DNA from: Eledone cirrhosa
Lineage: Eukaryota
Length of the DNA: 64,000 nucleotides
NCBI GenBank assembly: GCA_964016885.1
Contig: OZ024741.1
Coordinates: 180,792,001 to 180,856,000, forward strand
Direction: 5' to 3'
Positions 26,190 to 39,267 of the stretch are shown here, in pieces; the stretch's first letter is position 1; each line of letters begins with the position of its first letter. The notes beneath the pieces are model-generated. The model made no database searches and was not told the DNA's origin. It saw only the letters and a list, made by a program, of their open reading frames with translations. The position numbers were made by a program, and so were the translations under genes.

Positions 26190-26835
26190 TGTCAGACCAA
26201 AGGATTGATAGAGCGTCAGATACCATGCTTTGCAACATAGAGTTATGGTCCTTTGCGTTCTGAGTTCAAATCCCACTGGGGTTAGCTTTGCCTTTCATCC
26301 TTATCGGGTCGATAAAATAAAGCACCAGTTTCACACTGGGGTCAATTCAATTGACTTTCCCCTCCTAAATTGCTGGCCTTGTGCCTAAATCAGAAACCAT
26401 TATTATGGCAGTAGGTTAATAGAATCATTAAAGAGTCTGGCAAAATGCTTTGTAGTATTTCTTCTGGCTGTTCTATATTCTGAGTTGAAATCTTGCCAAG
26501 GTCAACTTCACGTTCGATTCATTTGGATTAAATAAAATATAATACCAGTCAAGTACTGGGGTCAATATAATTGAAGTTTCTTCTCCAAAATTTGCTAGCC
26601 TTGAACCTAAATTAGAAACCATTATAATTATTATTATAAGGGGCGGTGAATTGACAGTATTGGTAGAGAGTTGGACGCCATGCTTTCTAGCATAGTTACG
26701 TCCCTTTATGGTTTGAGTTCAAATCCCGTCGAGGTTAACTTTGCCTTTCATCCTTACAGGGTCGATAAAATAAAGTACCAGTAATGTACTGGGTAATTGC
26801 TGGCCTTGTGCCAAAAGTAGAAACAATTATAATTA
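26190..26835 (+). mobile_element. Three tandem Meta-domain SINE copies of different ages
   Basis: Three successive head/Meta-domain/tail units at ~26190, ~26405 and ~26640. Confidence 0.75.
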
Positions 26836-26941
26836 TTATTATCCTCATCAGTAACATTAATGAATAACCAAAGATTGGGTCTTTGAATTTGCTTGTGTGA
26901 CATTCTTTAGCTACAGTTCCACTTCTGTTATACGTTTTTAC

Positions 26942-27011
26942 CTGGAGACTTTGATAGGAAGATGTTCAGGTAGAACATTAACTGCAACAAATCTCATGAA
27001 TCTGTGAGGAC
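26942..27011 (-). CDS. Candidate second exon of an unidentified minus-strand gene
   Basis: TTTTATGCAG acceptor, 70 nt, AG|GTAAAA donor; phase-compatible with candidate exon 32261-32312 giving (C)PHRFMRFVAVNVLPEHLPIKVS; no homology recognised. Confidence 0.25.
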
Positions 27012-28057
27012 CTGCATAAAACATACGCACTACCCTGCCTTCTCTACTGACTAGCTTGTAATGAAAGACACTGCCTATGATTTTCAAATAATTTTGAAAA
27101 TAATCAAGTATTTGGAAGTTGGTGTTTGAAACATAACTTGACAAAGGTTCTTATATAAAATTATGGTAGAATGTTTTTAAATAAAAATAAACAGTCTTGT
27201 ATCATAAAACCAGGAGTTGTTTCAGGTGGTTTGGTATCAAAAGGGTTAATCATTACCTAGTTTGAAACCACTTCCTGACAGTGGAGTTTACTCTGTTGTA
27301 AGTATTCAAGTCAGGTCTCCTATTTGAGGATACATTCCTCCCTCTAGTCTTGGAGGCCCTGAGAAAAATAAGTGCTGAAGCCACACACCCACAAATAGAC
27401 ACACTCACAGACATATATACAAACACACATACACCCACACTTTCACACAATCACTCATACATACAGACACACACACTCCCTTTTACACAGACACACAGAG
27501 ATTTACACATAAACACATACATACACACACACTCCCATATATACTTGCACACATACACACTCTCACAAACATACCTAGAGACACACATACTCTCACAAAT
27601 ATATACCAACATCCATGCACATTCACAAACACACACACACATGTGCGCACGCACACACGCACGCACCCACCCATACACACACACACACCCATACACACAC
27701 ACACACAAAAGAAAATATATGCATAGAAACAAACACAAGCAAAAGTTTAAAGATCTAAGATCCACATTACTGGAGAAAATACCTGCACAGTGAAGCTTTA
27801 TTGCAGCATTGAGGATGTGTTTCCCAATATCTCTGTCTTTGTTGTGAAGGAGCAAGGGTGACTCAAGATGACTGGAATCTCCTTACAGCTGCAGGAAGCT
27901 GCTAGTAATTCAATCTATTGGAAGTTACCTTTAAGCTGTGACCACCACAGATTGATTTTCTCTCAGGATGTACTTCTCTAGCCTCTATCTTCCTGAACTC
28001 TGTCACATGCCAACAGAGTAGTAATTGATAAGCTGATATACATATACATGTACACGC

Positions 28058-29690
28058 ATATCATCATCACCGTTTTACGTCCGTTCTTCCACGCTAGCAT
28101 GGGTTAGACGGGTTGTCCTGTTGTGGGCAGTGTCTGGTCGGCTGACCATGCCTTGCTCATACAGGAACTGATCTGGCTTGATTTCTACAGCTGGATGCCC
28201 TTCCCAACACCAACCTCATTTACAGCGAGTGCTGGGTGCTTTTTCGTGGCGCCTACACGTCCACTTTACAGTGTGGGCTGGGTGCTTTTTTGCCGTGGCA
28301 CCTCCACGACCACCTTGCGGTGGGGGGGGGGGGGGCATATTGTTTATATGCTTCAGCATGTACCCATGGGAGGTCGGGTACCCTGTATTACTGCGTGACG
28401 CCAGAAGTCACGGTCGTGTGTCATTGACTTTGAGAGGTGTAGTTGGGTAAGGTCGGCTTTTATCACCTCATCCCAAGTCATCTTGGGTCTCCCCACTCCG
28501 CGGTTTCCATCAACTTCTAGTGCTCTGCACCTTTTTATGCAGCTGTCATCCTTCATACGCATCACATGTCCATACCAGCGTAACCGCCTCTCCTGCACGC
28601 AGCATTTGATTCCTCTTATGCTCAGTCTCTCTCTCAATTCATTTATGCTTTGTCGTTCACGTATATTACTGTTACACATCCATCGGAGCATGCAGGCTTC
28701 GTTTCTCTCTAATCTACGTAAGTCTTCCACCTTCAGCGCCCAGGTCTCACTACCATGCAACATCGCTGTTCGGATACACGCATCATACAGTCTGCCTTTC
28801 ATTCTGAGGGAGAAGCCTTTTGCAGCTAGCAGTGGTAGTAGTTCCCTAAACTTCTTCCATCCCGTTCTTACCCTAGTTATTGTACTTTCTGAGCACCCAC
28901 CTCCGTTGCTAATTCGGTCACCTAGGTAGCAGAAGCTGTCTACTGTTTCTACAGGGCCCTCCCAGAGATTGGTGGTACTTGTTTCCTGTGGCTGTTTGCT
29001 TGCTGTTTCAGCACAGCTGCTGCATGTGAATCCTACATTCTTAATTAAGCTTCCTGAGATCCCGCTACATCTCTTGTGTACCCATTGTTTGCATTTGGGG
29101 CAAAGAATGGAGTTCCTACCTACACCTTTCCTACATACTGAGCAAGGCCATTTCCCTGAGGGGATCTGGGTTCTGTTTTCTCGTCTACTTATAAGGGACC
29201 TTAGTCTTTGTCATGTTGACTTTGAGGCCCTTTCTCTCTAGTCCCTGCTTCCAGGTTTGGAATTTATTCTCTAGTTCTACCATAGATTCAGCTTATGAGT
29301 GCGAGGTCATCAGCATACAGGAGTTCCCATGGGCATCGGGTCTTAAACTCCTCCGTTATTGCCTGCAGGACTAGGATGAACAGGAGAGGGCTAAGAACAG
29401 AGCCCTGGTGGACCCCAACCTGTACGCTAAATTCCTCGCTATACTCATTGCCAATCCTAACTTTGCTGACTGCTCCCCTATACATGGCTTGTACCGCTTT
29501 CACAAGCCATTCATCTACTCCTAGTTTTCTAAGAGCCCACCAGATTACTGCACGTGGAACTCTGTCAAAGGCTTTCTCAAGGTCGACAAATGCCAAGTAG
29601 AGTGGCTTACTTTTAGCTAGGTACTTTTCCTGTAATTGCCTCACAAGGAAGAGCGCATCAGTGGTGCCTTTCCCCTGGAACAAACCCAAA
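28058..29690 (-). mobile_element. RTE LINE subfamily B, 5'-truncated, frameshifted
   Basis: Nearly identical reverse complement of ~22660-24290; ORF pieces 29288-29689 and 28353-28802. Confidence 0.95.
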
Positions 29691-30739
29691 TTAGATGGCT
29701 GTTAACTCTTGTGAGTTCTTCTGCCCATTGACAGAAGTCCAAAATTACCTTCCTCACCAAGCAGGCTTGGTGGAGTTGCTGGTTTATTGCTTAAAACCAG
29801 ACCATACTGGGTTACATGTCACCAATAGAGCTCAAGAATGACCTAACATATACATACAAAAGCATACTTCTAAAGACATACATATGCAGAAAGGCATTAC
29901 CATATATACAATTCTTTACTAGCACATATGTTCACACACACGAATATATGCATATGCATGCAGATGCAAACTCACAAATATATAAAAAAAAACATGTACT
30001 ACAAAGTTGAAATGCTTATGCAAATGAACATTACATAAACACAAGCAGAAGCTAGCACACATTCCTGCCTCAACCTCACATGAAGTCAGACACACATCAA
30101 CACCAACATACACATGAATCGTCACAAAAAATAATAATGCCTATACAAATACACACACACAAACATACACACACACTCATATACACACATGCTCATACAT
30201 CTACATTGCCATACATGTACACTTTATCCACATACATGAAATGAAATGAAATGAAAGCAGCTGCGAGGTTTCATAAATTGCCTCTGTTCTAGCAAGGATT
30301 CTATCCTCCTTATTTTTATTAGATTACCTGATACTCTACCACTGCCCCTGACACCACCCTTACCCTTCACTCTGAAACTGTTAAGTCACTAACTACATAG
30401 ACAAGAGGAGTGGGGTTTAGGGTGGGTGAGCACAACAGCTGGTGATGCCAAGTTTGTAAGAATTTATACATGTTAGATACAATACAATATGGTTTAGAGG
30501 CCATGGTGTGTGGTCTTTCTGTTTGATCATAGGTCTGTTCAATCAGGGCTTACCTTCAGTGAAACAACAAAAGCAACAACCACAACAGCAGCAGCAATCC
30601 TTCTGCATTCTTGAGAGCCATATGAGGCCTCAAATCAAAAAGGGTTGATAGTTTCTGGAATGTTTCTGACTTGTTCTAGAATACTAAGTGAACTTTATAA
30701 GGGATATTTCCCAAAAATCTCTCCTCTCCTCCTCTCTCA

Positions 30740-30881
<142 letters not shown>

Positions 30882-31799
30882 CTCTCCTCCTCTCTCCTAC
30901 TCTCTCTCTCGTGAGAAGAAGAATAGGCAGCAAATTTGCAGAGTCATTAGAAATTAGATAGAAAACTTTATAGTACTCATTTCGGCTCTCTGAGTTGAAA
31001 TCCCGCCGAGGTCAACTTTGTCTTTCATCCATTCACTGTTGATAAAAAAAGTACTAGTCAAGTACAGGTGTCGATTCTTCCTCTATATCTCTTTCTCACT
31101 TCCGTTCCCTTACTCTCTCTATCCTTCTCTGGAAGAAATCTACTGTATTCAAGCCTGGAGAGGAGATGGGCTCCTCCATGTTTAAAAATTGCCCTAGAAA
31201 CACTGTATGCCAATATGCGGCCCCTACAACCCATCAGGAGTTATGGGTCTATACCATACATAATGAGAAGAGAAAGGATAGATTCTATGATCCTTTTCAA
31301 TGCCTCCATCTTTGGTAGGAGGAAGAAAAGTTATCCTCAGATGAGATGCCTAACCTAAATAATTGTATTGTAGGGTTTTAGAATGTTGTAAATGGATTGT
31401 TATGAGAAAGAGGCATCTAATTGTAAAACACAGCCTCAAAAATGTCTATCCATCACTTGCCTGTATGGAAAAATGGATGTAAAATGTTGATGAGGATGAG
31501 GAGGATTGGCCTCAGGTAATGGCATCCATAGATTAAGTACTGGTTTTGAACTAGAGGAAAAGTGAAATCTGTCACCTAAGCATAGGAACAAGGTTACTTC
31601 GGAAGGTATCTTTACAGTCTTTCATTTACCAAATTTCACTCCTAAGACTATAGTAGAAGACACTTATTTAAGGTGCTACACAGTGAAATAGAAGCTAACA
31701 TGACATGATTGTAACCTCAGCACCTTATGGCTTTGAGATGAACATTGTAACTACTAAGCCATGTGCTTTCTATGTGTGTGTGTGTGTGTGTGTATATAT

Positions 31800-32114
31800 A
31801 TCATCATCATCATCATCATCAACGTTTAACGTCTGTGTTCCACGCTTGCATGGGTTTGGACGGGGGTATTCCCACTTGAGGCAAGAGTGATTGTCTTGCT
31901 CGCATAGGACTGTCTGGCAGGTTTTCTACAGTTGGATGCCCTTCCTAACACCAACCAACCACATTTACAGTGTGGGTCTGGGAGGTTTTTACCGTGTTGC
32001 CTACACGGCCACATTACAGCGTGGACTGTGTGTTTTTTGTTGTGACACCTACACGATCTCATTTGTTTCGGCCTGGATGGTGTGGCACCAACATAACTTT
32101 ACATAGGAGGGGGG

Positions 32115-32118
<4 letters not shown>
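31800..32118 (-). mobile_element. 3' UTR-only copy of RTE subfamily A
   Basis: Matches 7227-7530; related copies at ~44175-44570 (+, with internal duplication) and ~45490-45840 (-). Confidence 0.85.
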
Positions 32119-32160
<42 letters not shown>

Positions 32161-32260
32161 TACTACATACTACACTGCCAATACAGATGAACAAGGCAAC
32201 AACACACACACACACACACACACACACACTCAAGCGAGACAACAACACACGCACACTCAC

Positions 32261-32312
32261 ACACAGTAACATTTAACAAACGGGCAGAGAATGGACTGAC
32301 AGCTAGCGCCAT
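32261..32312 (-). CDS. Candidate first coding exon, minus strand (MALAVSPFSARLLNVTV)
   Basis: ATGGCG start beside CpG-rich promoter, GTGAGT donor at 32260; peptide lacks acidic residues like a mitochondrial presequence (inference). Confidence 0.4.
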
Positions 32313-32480
32313 CCCACTCCCTCATTCGGCCGCTGACCTCTGTACGACCGACCCCATTTCACGCGCATGCGCGCTCTGCCGAATACCTCAGATATTCAAA
32401 TCAACAAACAGCGAAAGACGCGTTCCGAGTTGTCCGACAGACAACCTTTTCCCCCACCCCGGAAAAAAACCCCAGTTGAT
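32280..32480. promoter_or_regulatory. CpG-rich promoter-like segment with palindromic NRF1 motif
   Basis: Unique CpG-dense sequence in a CpG-poor context; CGCGCATGCGCG at 32362-32373. Confidence 0.65.
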
Positions 32481-32525
32481 GGATGTGAATCCGAAATATA
32501 TAGGGACTATTAAATCTCTCCCAAG
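32479..32525 (+). CDS. Candidate first exon, plus strand (MDVNPKYIGTIKSLP)
   Basis: ATGG start ~105 nt downstream of the NRF1 motif, CAAG|GTAACT donor; could equally be a non-coding first exon. Confidence 0.35.
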
Positions 32526-32713
32526 GTAACTCTCTCTTGTGTTGTTATTTTTATTTTTATCCTTTATACGCTTCCCTTCATTCTACACATCTCACACATC
32601 TTATACACACCACGCATCTCAACGTACACCCACTTACATCTCTCTCTCCACCACCGGACCTTGTTACCCGGAGATTTACCCATTTGCATTGTCGAGGCTT
32701 CCAAACGACTTAA

Positions 32714-32782
<69 letters not shown>

Positions 32783-32894
32783 GTAAACAGAAATAACAAC
32801 ACAATCAGGACAGTATATGGAAGGAATATATTAGGTTAATGCTTGAAATTGTAGGAAGCAGGTATCAACGTTTTGGACGCGAGTCCTCTATATT

Positions 32895-33236
32895 ATCATC
32901 ATCATCATCATCATTTTACGTCCACTTTTCCCTGCTTGCAAGGGTGGGACGGGAACTGATTCTGGCTTGATTTCTACAGCTGGATGCCCTTCCTAACACC
33001 AACCTCATTTACAGTGAGTGCTGGGTGCTTTTTGCCGTGGCACCTACACGACCACTTTGCAGTGGAATGATATGGACCCAGTCCCTATCATCTCATTTCT
33101 ACAGCTGAGTAAACTGGAGCAATGTGAAATAAAGTGTCTTGCTCAAGGAAACAACACATCACCCGGTCTGAGAATTGAACTCACAACCTTTTGATTGCAA
33201 GGCCAATGCTCTAACCATTAAGCCATATGCCTCCAT
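32895..33236 (-). mobile_element. Full-length CORE-like SINE with RTE tail (family 2)
   Basis: Match to 18115-18450; inserted into a Penelope-like remnant. Confidence 0.85.
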
Positions 33237-33408
33237 CATAGTGATGGAAAACGAAGAATCAGTGATGCATCGGAACAATTGTAATACGTAATAAATTGTA
33301 TTCCGATGCATCACTGATTCTTCGTTTTCCATTTTATCATACTCTACTCAGAAGGAGCATAGAGTGCTCAACCGGCATACCGCCTATGGACGCATCCTAG
33401 CAACCATA

Positions 33409-33452
<44 letters not shown>

Positions 33453-33654
33453 AATGAGTTATATGCTTTGTTGATGATTCAACACAATTATGTTCATAAC
33501 AGATATGAAGCACTCTACAGATGAAATTTTATCTGGAGTATTATAATACTATTAATTGTAATAAATGGAAAATATGACTATACTATAGCATCATATATAT
33601 ATTTTTATAAAAAAATATATATGATGCTATAGTGATATTTTCCATTTATTACTA

Positions 33655-33850
33655 TTAATAATTGTTTCTACTTTTTGGCACAAGGCCAGCAATTACCCAG
33701 TACATTACTGGTACTTTATTTTATCGACCCCGTAAGGATGAAAGGCAAAGTTAACCTTGGTGGGATTTGAACTCATAATGGCAAGGGTCGTAACTCTATG
33801 AGTCAAGGCATGGTGTTCGACCTGCTACCGATACGGGCAATCCACTGCAA
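33655..33850 (-). mobile_element. Meta-domain SINE (family 1)
   Basis: Reverse-complement match to family consensus. Confidence 0.8.
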
Positions 33851-34069
33851 AAAATAATGTTTTCCAATTTTTCATGCATTACATTTTACATTGAGTAATA
33901 TTGAAATGCAGAGTTTTTCTCCATAAATTATATCACTGATTTAAAATCAATCATCATTTTCTTACAAAAAAAATGTGTGAAACGCAGCAAGGCGTGGGTA
34001 ATTCGGCTGGTATATATATATATATATATCACAGTTGAAAATTGCCAACTTGACTGTCACCACTGAATA

Positions 34070-34108
34070 TGAACCTGAAGATTGCGAAAGCATGAAAGTA
34101 CTTGTTCA
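34070..34108 (+). ncRNA. Minimal type I hammerhead ribozyme (Penelope-type, palindromic stem III)
   Basis: TGAAC-CTGAAGA-t-TGC(gaaa)GCA-t-GAAA-GTAC-TT-GTTCA. Confidence 0.7.
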
Positions 34109-34242
34109 ATTTAAAGTTTAATATTCTACCATACTATTTCATTATAATATCATTATAATTTTAAAGGATTGTAAATAAAACGAGTAAATCAGACAAAGTT
34201 GGAATTCCTTTTATTAATATATATATATATACACACACACAC

Positions 34243-34274
<32 letters not shown>

Positions 34275-34304
34275 ATATATATATATATACATATATACAT
34301 CATC

Positions 34305-35127
34305 ATCATTTTACGTCCGCTTTTCCCTGCTTTCAAGGGTGGGATGGGTCCTATTCAGCACAGCATCTCTCCACTTGTCACGGTCCTTAGTGAGCTTCAG
34401 TGATCTGAGGTCTGCTCTCACCATCTCTGCCCATGTTTTTCGTGGTCTTCCTCTACTACGTCTTCTTTCAACTGGCATTTCTTGACACTTCTTCACCCAT
34501 CGGTCATCCTCATGCGCATCACATGTCCATACCATTGCAGTCTCCTCTCTCACACACTACAATTTATCCCTCTCAGACACAGTTTCTCTCTCAACACATC
34601 CATGCTCGGCCATTCATGCATATTGACATTGCACATCCAATGGAGTATGCTTGCCTCATTTCTCTCCAGCCATTGCATATCTTCTGCAGTTGCTGCCCAT
34701 GTCTCACTACCATGCAGCATCGCACACCTCACACAGGTATCATATAACCGGCCTTTCGTACACAGGGAGAAACCCTTCATCAACAGAGGAAGCAGCTCCC
34801 TAAACTTCTTCCAACCCATCCTTATTCTAGATACTATGGCCTTGAAACCCGCCCACCCCTCCCATGCTAATCTGATCACCTAGGTACCGGAAGCTATCAA
34901 CCACTTCTATAGCACCCACCTGCATTTGAAATATGTGTCTATCAATGCGACTTCTACTGTCAAATTTCCCTATACATCTACTGCATACGTATTTCTCCCT
35001 AACTGTTAATTTACCTGCTATTCCACTACATCTCTTGTGTACCCAAGATCTGCATTGTGTACAATTTATAGAATTTATGCCAGTTCCTTTTCTGCATATC
35101 GAACATGGTCATTTCCCTGATGGGGTG
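34305..35127 (-). mobile_element. RTE LINE subfamily C, decayed 3' fragment with short tail
   Basis: [10 protein letters not shown]..., GWKKFRELLPLL, LHGSETW, GRPRKTW..DRDKWRDAV; ORF runs directly into the GCAGGGAAAAGCGGACGTAAAATGATG tail; short sister at 46630-46805. Confidence 0.88.
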
Positions 35128-35510
35128 TATCATTTCATTCATTTCATTTTACGTCCGCTTTTGCCTGCTTGCAAGGGTGGGACGGGAACTGATTCTGGCT
35201 TGATTTCTACAGCTTGATGCCCTTCCTAACACCAACCTCATTTACAGTGAGTGGTGGGTGCTTTTTTTTTCCGTGGCGCCTACACGTCCACTTTACAGTG
35301 TGGGCTGTGTGCTTTTTTGCCGTGGCACCTCCACGACCACTTTGCAGTGGAATGATAGGGATCCCAGTCCTATCATCTCATTTCTACAGCTGAGTAATCT
35401 GGAGCAATGTGAAATAAAGTGTCTTGCTCAAGGAAACAATACATTACCCGGTCTGAGAATTGAACTCACAACCTTTCGATTGCAAGGCCAATGCTCTAAC
35501 CACTAAGCCA
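35128..35510 (-). mobile_element. CORE-like SINE with RTE tail (family 2)
   Basis: Match to family; further copies at ~38917-39225(+), 44715-45110(+), 46990-47340(-), 58270-58607(-). Confidence 0.85.
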
Positions 35511-35511
35511 T

Positions 35512-35586
<75 letters not shown>

Positions 35587-36687
35587 TATATATTTGAAAG
35601 TGTATGTGTGTGCATATGTGTATGTCACTGAAAGAGTTTCTTAATTCTGAAAAGAATAAAAGGAAAAAAAAAAAGAAAATAGTAATAGTATCAATCACCG
35701 TTACTGTGACAATTTAAGTAGTCCAGGTTTTATTTATCATCTCATGCATTCCTTCAATGTGATCTTATTATTCTGCCCATCTATGCTGTCAGCAGGGTTG
35801 TTTTTACAGGGGTCACTGGATGTTTACATGAAGATGCTCATGCTAAAGTACACAAGAAGCTACTTATACTACTTCAACATACAGCTCCACTGAGTAAATA
35901 AATATCCATAGAAACTACCTTGGGGATGATAGACGACTAACCAGGACTGGCTGTAGGGAATACATGATGGGAGATGAGGCACGGGGTAGACATATTTGAC
36001 ATAAAATATAGGAAGAAAGGCATTTTATGGTGAAAATTGCCTGGCAATGATAGGCTACTCTGCTAGTATATATATTTTAAAATTGTAGTGCTGATGCCAT
36101 GAAAAACGCATGGAGTCTCTCCTAACAGGTGGTAGTGGTGTTGCAACATGAAATCAAACCCGGTACATGCTGTGAAGTGGTTAGCATTGAGAAGGACATT
36201 CAGCTGTAAAAACCACACCAGAATGGAACGTATGTACAAGACACAATCGTTTGACCTGCCTGCCTAGCCTCAGAGTGTGACAACCCATCTTACTCATGTA
36301 GCGTTGGAAAAATACATAAGGAGGATGATGATGATGATGATGATATATACAGTGTATGTTTTGTCTATTTAGGTTGATAAATTTTTTTTGATCTATTAGT
36401 TTTCACAATAGTCTTGTATGGGCTGTAGGATGTGTGTAATTCAATAAATGTCCTAAGTTAGGTCAGCTGTATATAAAAGCAAATAAAATATGTTCAGTGG
36501 CTCAGTTTTGTTTAGATGGTTATATTTACAATAAACATTATTTTAAATCTGATAAGATTGAACTTGTGTGGTATGTATGTATGTATGTATGTATGTATGT
36601 ATGTATGTATGTACATATGTATATATGTATATATGTATGTATATATATGTATGTATGTATGTATATATGTATGTATATATGTACGTA

Positions 36688-37144
36688 TAAGGGCAAAGGA
36701 GCTCTTAAGAGTCAATGGCCATCCAAAAATCACCGGGAGAGATGACCCCTTAGCCTTTGTCAAGGCAGAATTCTAGGAGAAGGAAAACTCTGATATAACA
36801 CCTGCAACCCTGATGGTATCCAATGATGTTGACTTGTTCTTCTGTTTGGTAAATATCATTTTGGTTAAGAGAGTGGGACTGGCTTTGTGCAGTGCCTTTG
36901 CTCACTATAAAAGATTCACGGCACAGGCAATGCTTTATATCTGGAGATCTCTCTGCACTTGTCATCACATGGTACCATGGGCCCAGCACTATGTGTCAGT
37001 AATTGTCACAAGTGTAGTGTTTGTACCAGAGTTTTCAAGTCACTGGCTGGACTAAAAAGTCACACTCGTTCAGCGCATCGGTAGGGGTTCTCCTACATGG
37101 ATATAAAGTAGTGGCCGTACTCGAAAACGAGTTGGCAGCCACCA
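36688..37144 (+). mobile_element. Second, 5'-truncated copy of the bipartite RTE derivative
   Basis: Near-identical to ~11380-11833. Confidence 0.75.
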
Positions 37145-37174
37145 TGTATGTATGTGTATGTATGTATGTGTGTG

Positions 37175-37206
<32 letters not shown>

Positions 37207-37250
37207 TGTATGTATGTGTGTGTGTATATATATATATGTGTGTGTGTGCA

Positions 37251-37297
<47 letters not shown>

Positions 37298-37922
37298 GTC
37301 TGTGTATGTATATGTGCTCAATGTGATGTGCATTAAAATTAAGCAGTTATAATTTCTCTTTTTTTCCCTTTAAGAAAACAATAGACCAAAACACCAACAG
37401 TGACAGCAGAAAGAAACATTGTAATGTGTGTGAGTTGTACATATGTGTATATAATTAAATTCCAGAAGTGTATTTACAAAGTCTTGTTTTTTAATTATAG
37501 CTGTGTAATTAGTTTAAAATATAATTACGACTAAGTAAATAACAAACTGCAAGCTGTCAGGTAGCTGGGATTCTGACAGGAAGGCGAGAAGTTCAAACCT
37601 CCCCTATATCTTTTTTTTTTTCTTTATTAAACAGACATTTTGTGTGTGTGTATTATGACTGTATTCCACAAATAAATACATAATGGGGAGGGAGGGGAGG
37701 GGTAAAGAAGGAAAAGAAAAAAAACCTTTATGGTTGAGTAGTTTAACAATTCAACAGTTGTTATAAGAGGGGGGGGGGGGGGAAATAGGAATAGAAAATA
37801 ATATAAAACTCAATTCTTCTCTGAAGCATTTCCAAATATTGCAATTTGTATTAATCATAATGATTTATCTTTGTCTAGAATTTCATCATCATCATCATAA
37901 TCTAACATCCATTTACCCTGCT

Positions 37923-37989
<67 letters not shown>

Positions 37990-38414
37990 TGGGAGTGAAG
38001 GGCCCCTAGTGGGTATTCTTCTAGGAGAAGGCAACTCGGGAAACTAGGATAACTCTGATATAAAACCTGCAGCTCAGTAGTTACCGATGATGTTGATCTT
38101 TTCTTCCTTTCGGGTTATAGCTACTGTTGCTCAGAGAGTGCAATTGGCTCAGTGCACAGTCTTTCCTCACTTTAAAAAAATATCTTCATGCACAGGCATT
38201 GCACGATAGAATTAATTAATAATTATTAATAGAGGTATATCGTGCAATGGCCATACACGATAACGAGGGGGCAGCCATAATATATATATAAATTTAGAAG
38301 AAACAAGGTGCTGTGTGGTTACTGATAAAGTGTATTTATAAATGAAAGGAAAGCACAAACAAGAAACAAGTCCTTCAGTTGTCTGCTGGGGGTCTTGCAC
38401 ATTAAAGACAATAC

Positions 38415-38454
<40 letters not shown>

Positions 38455-38677
38455 AGAGCGAAATTTTCTTTTTTATTTGAATTTGGCAAAGCCGGCCATT
38501 TATCGCTCATATACAGGAAACTGATTGGCCAGTCTGCAGATCTGGCTGATCAGTGGATCTGCTAATATGGAAATCTGACTGATCAGCCAGTCTGCTAATA
38601 TGCAAATCAGGCCGATCAGTTTCTGTGTATTTTTGAAAATAGCATATTTTTTCACTAGCTCTGACAGTTTAGCAGGT

Positions 38678-38739
38678 GAACAGTGAGCTGTACTGATGAA
38701 GGGTGATACCCAGAAACATTAGTGTCTGCAGTTCTGTTC
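38678..38739 (+). ncRNA. Type I hammerhead ribozyme with extended stem I
   Basis: GAACAG-tg-AGCTGTA-CTGATGA-a-GGGT(gat)ACCC-a-GAA-ACA(ttag)TGT-C-TGCAGTT-CTGTTC: canonical core, three stems, GUC site. Confidence 0.8.
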
Positions 38740-39225
38740 GCATGCCAACACAGGGGCAAGAATGAAGTGTTCATTCTACTGACATCGCTATAAAATTGAG
38801 GCTTGTTTGCATAATTGCAAACGAATCGAATGTTATTATTAATATACGAAAAACTCAGATTACATTTATTGTATTCAGCCATGTAGAGCAAAATTTTCTT
38901 TTATATATATATATATATGTGGTTAGAGCATTGGCCTTGCAATCGAAAGGTTGTGAGTTCAATTCTCAGGCCGGGTGATGTGTTGTTTCCTTGAGCAAGA
39001 CACTTTATTTCACATTGCTTCAGTTTGCTCAGCTGTAGAAATGAGATGATAAGGACTGGGGTCTATATCATTCCACTGCAAAAAAGCACCCAGCACTCAC
39101 TGTAAATGAGGTTGGTGTTAGGAAGGGAATCCAGCTGTAGAAATCAAGCCAGAATCAGTTCCCATCCCACCCTTGCAAGCAGGGAGAAAGCGGACGTAAA
39201 ATGAAATGATGATGATGATGAAATG

Positions 39226-39267
<42 letters not shown>

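Noticed and set aside
27257-27358. Minus-strand 102-nt segment with good splice signals (TTTTTCTCAG / AG|GTAATG)
   Set aside because: Open only in phase 2-2, incompatible with the neighbouring candidate exons, and no recognisable protein; left uncalled
27790-28030. Coding-looking unique sequence on the minus strand
   Set aside because: Stops in all frames; ends like the RTE-leader element (ATAAAGCTTCAC..GCAGG) whose 5' part lies at 29690-29810
35810-35990. Possible plus-strand exon after TTTTTACAG
   Set aside because: Stops in the compatible phase; looks more like a decayed RTE C-terminus
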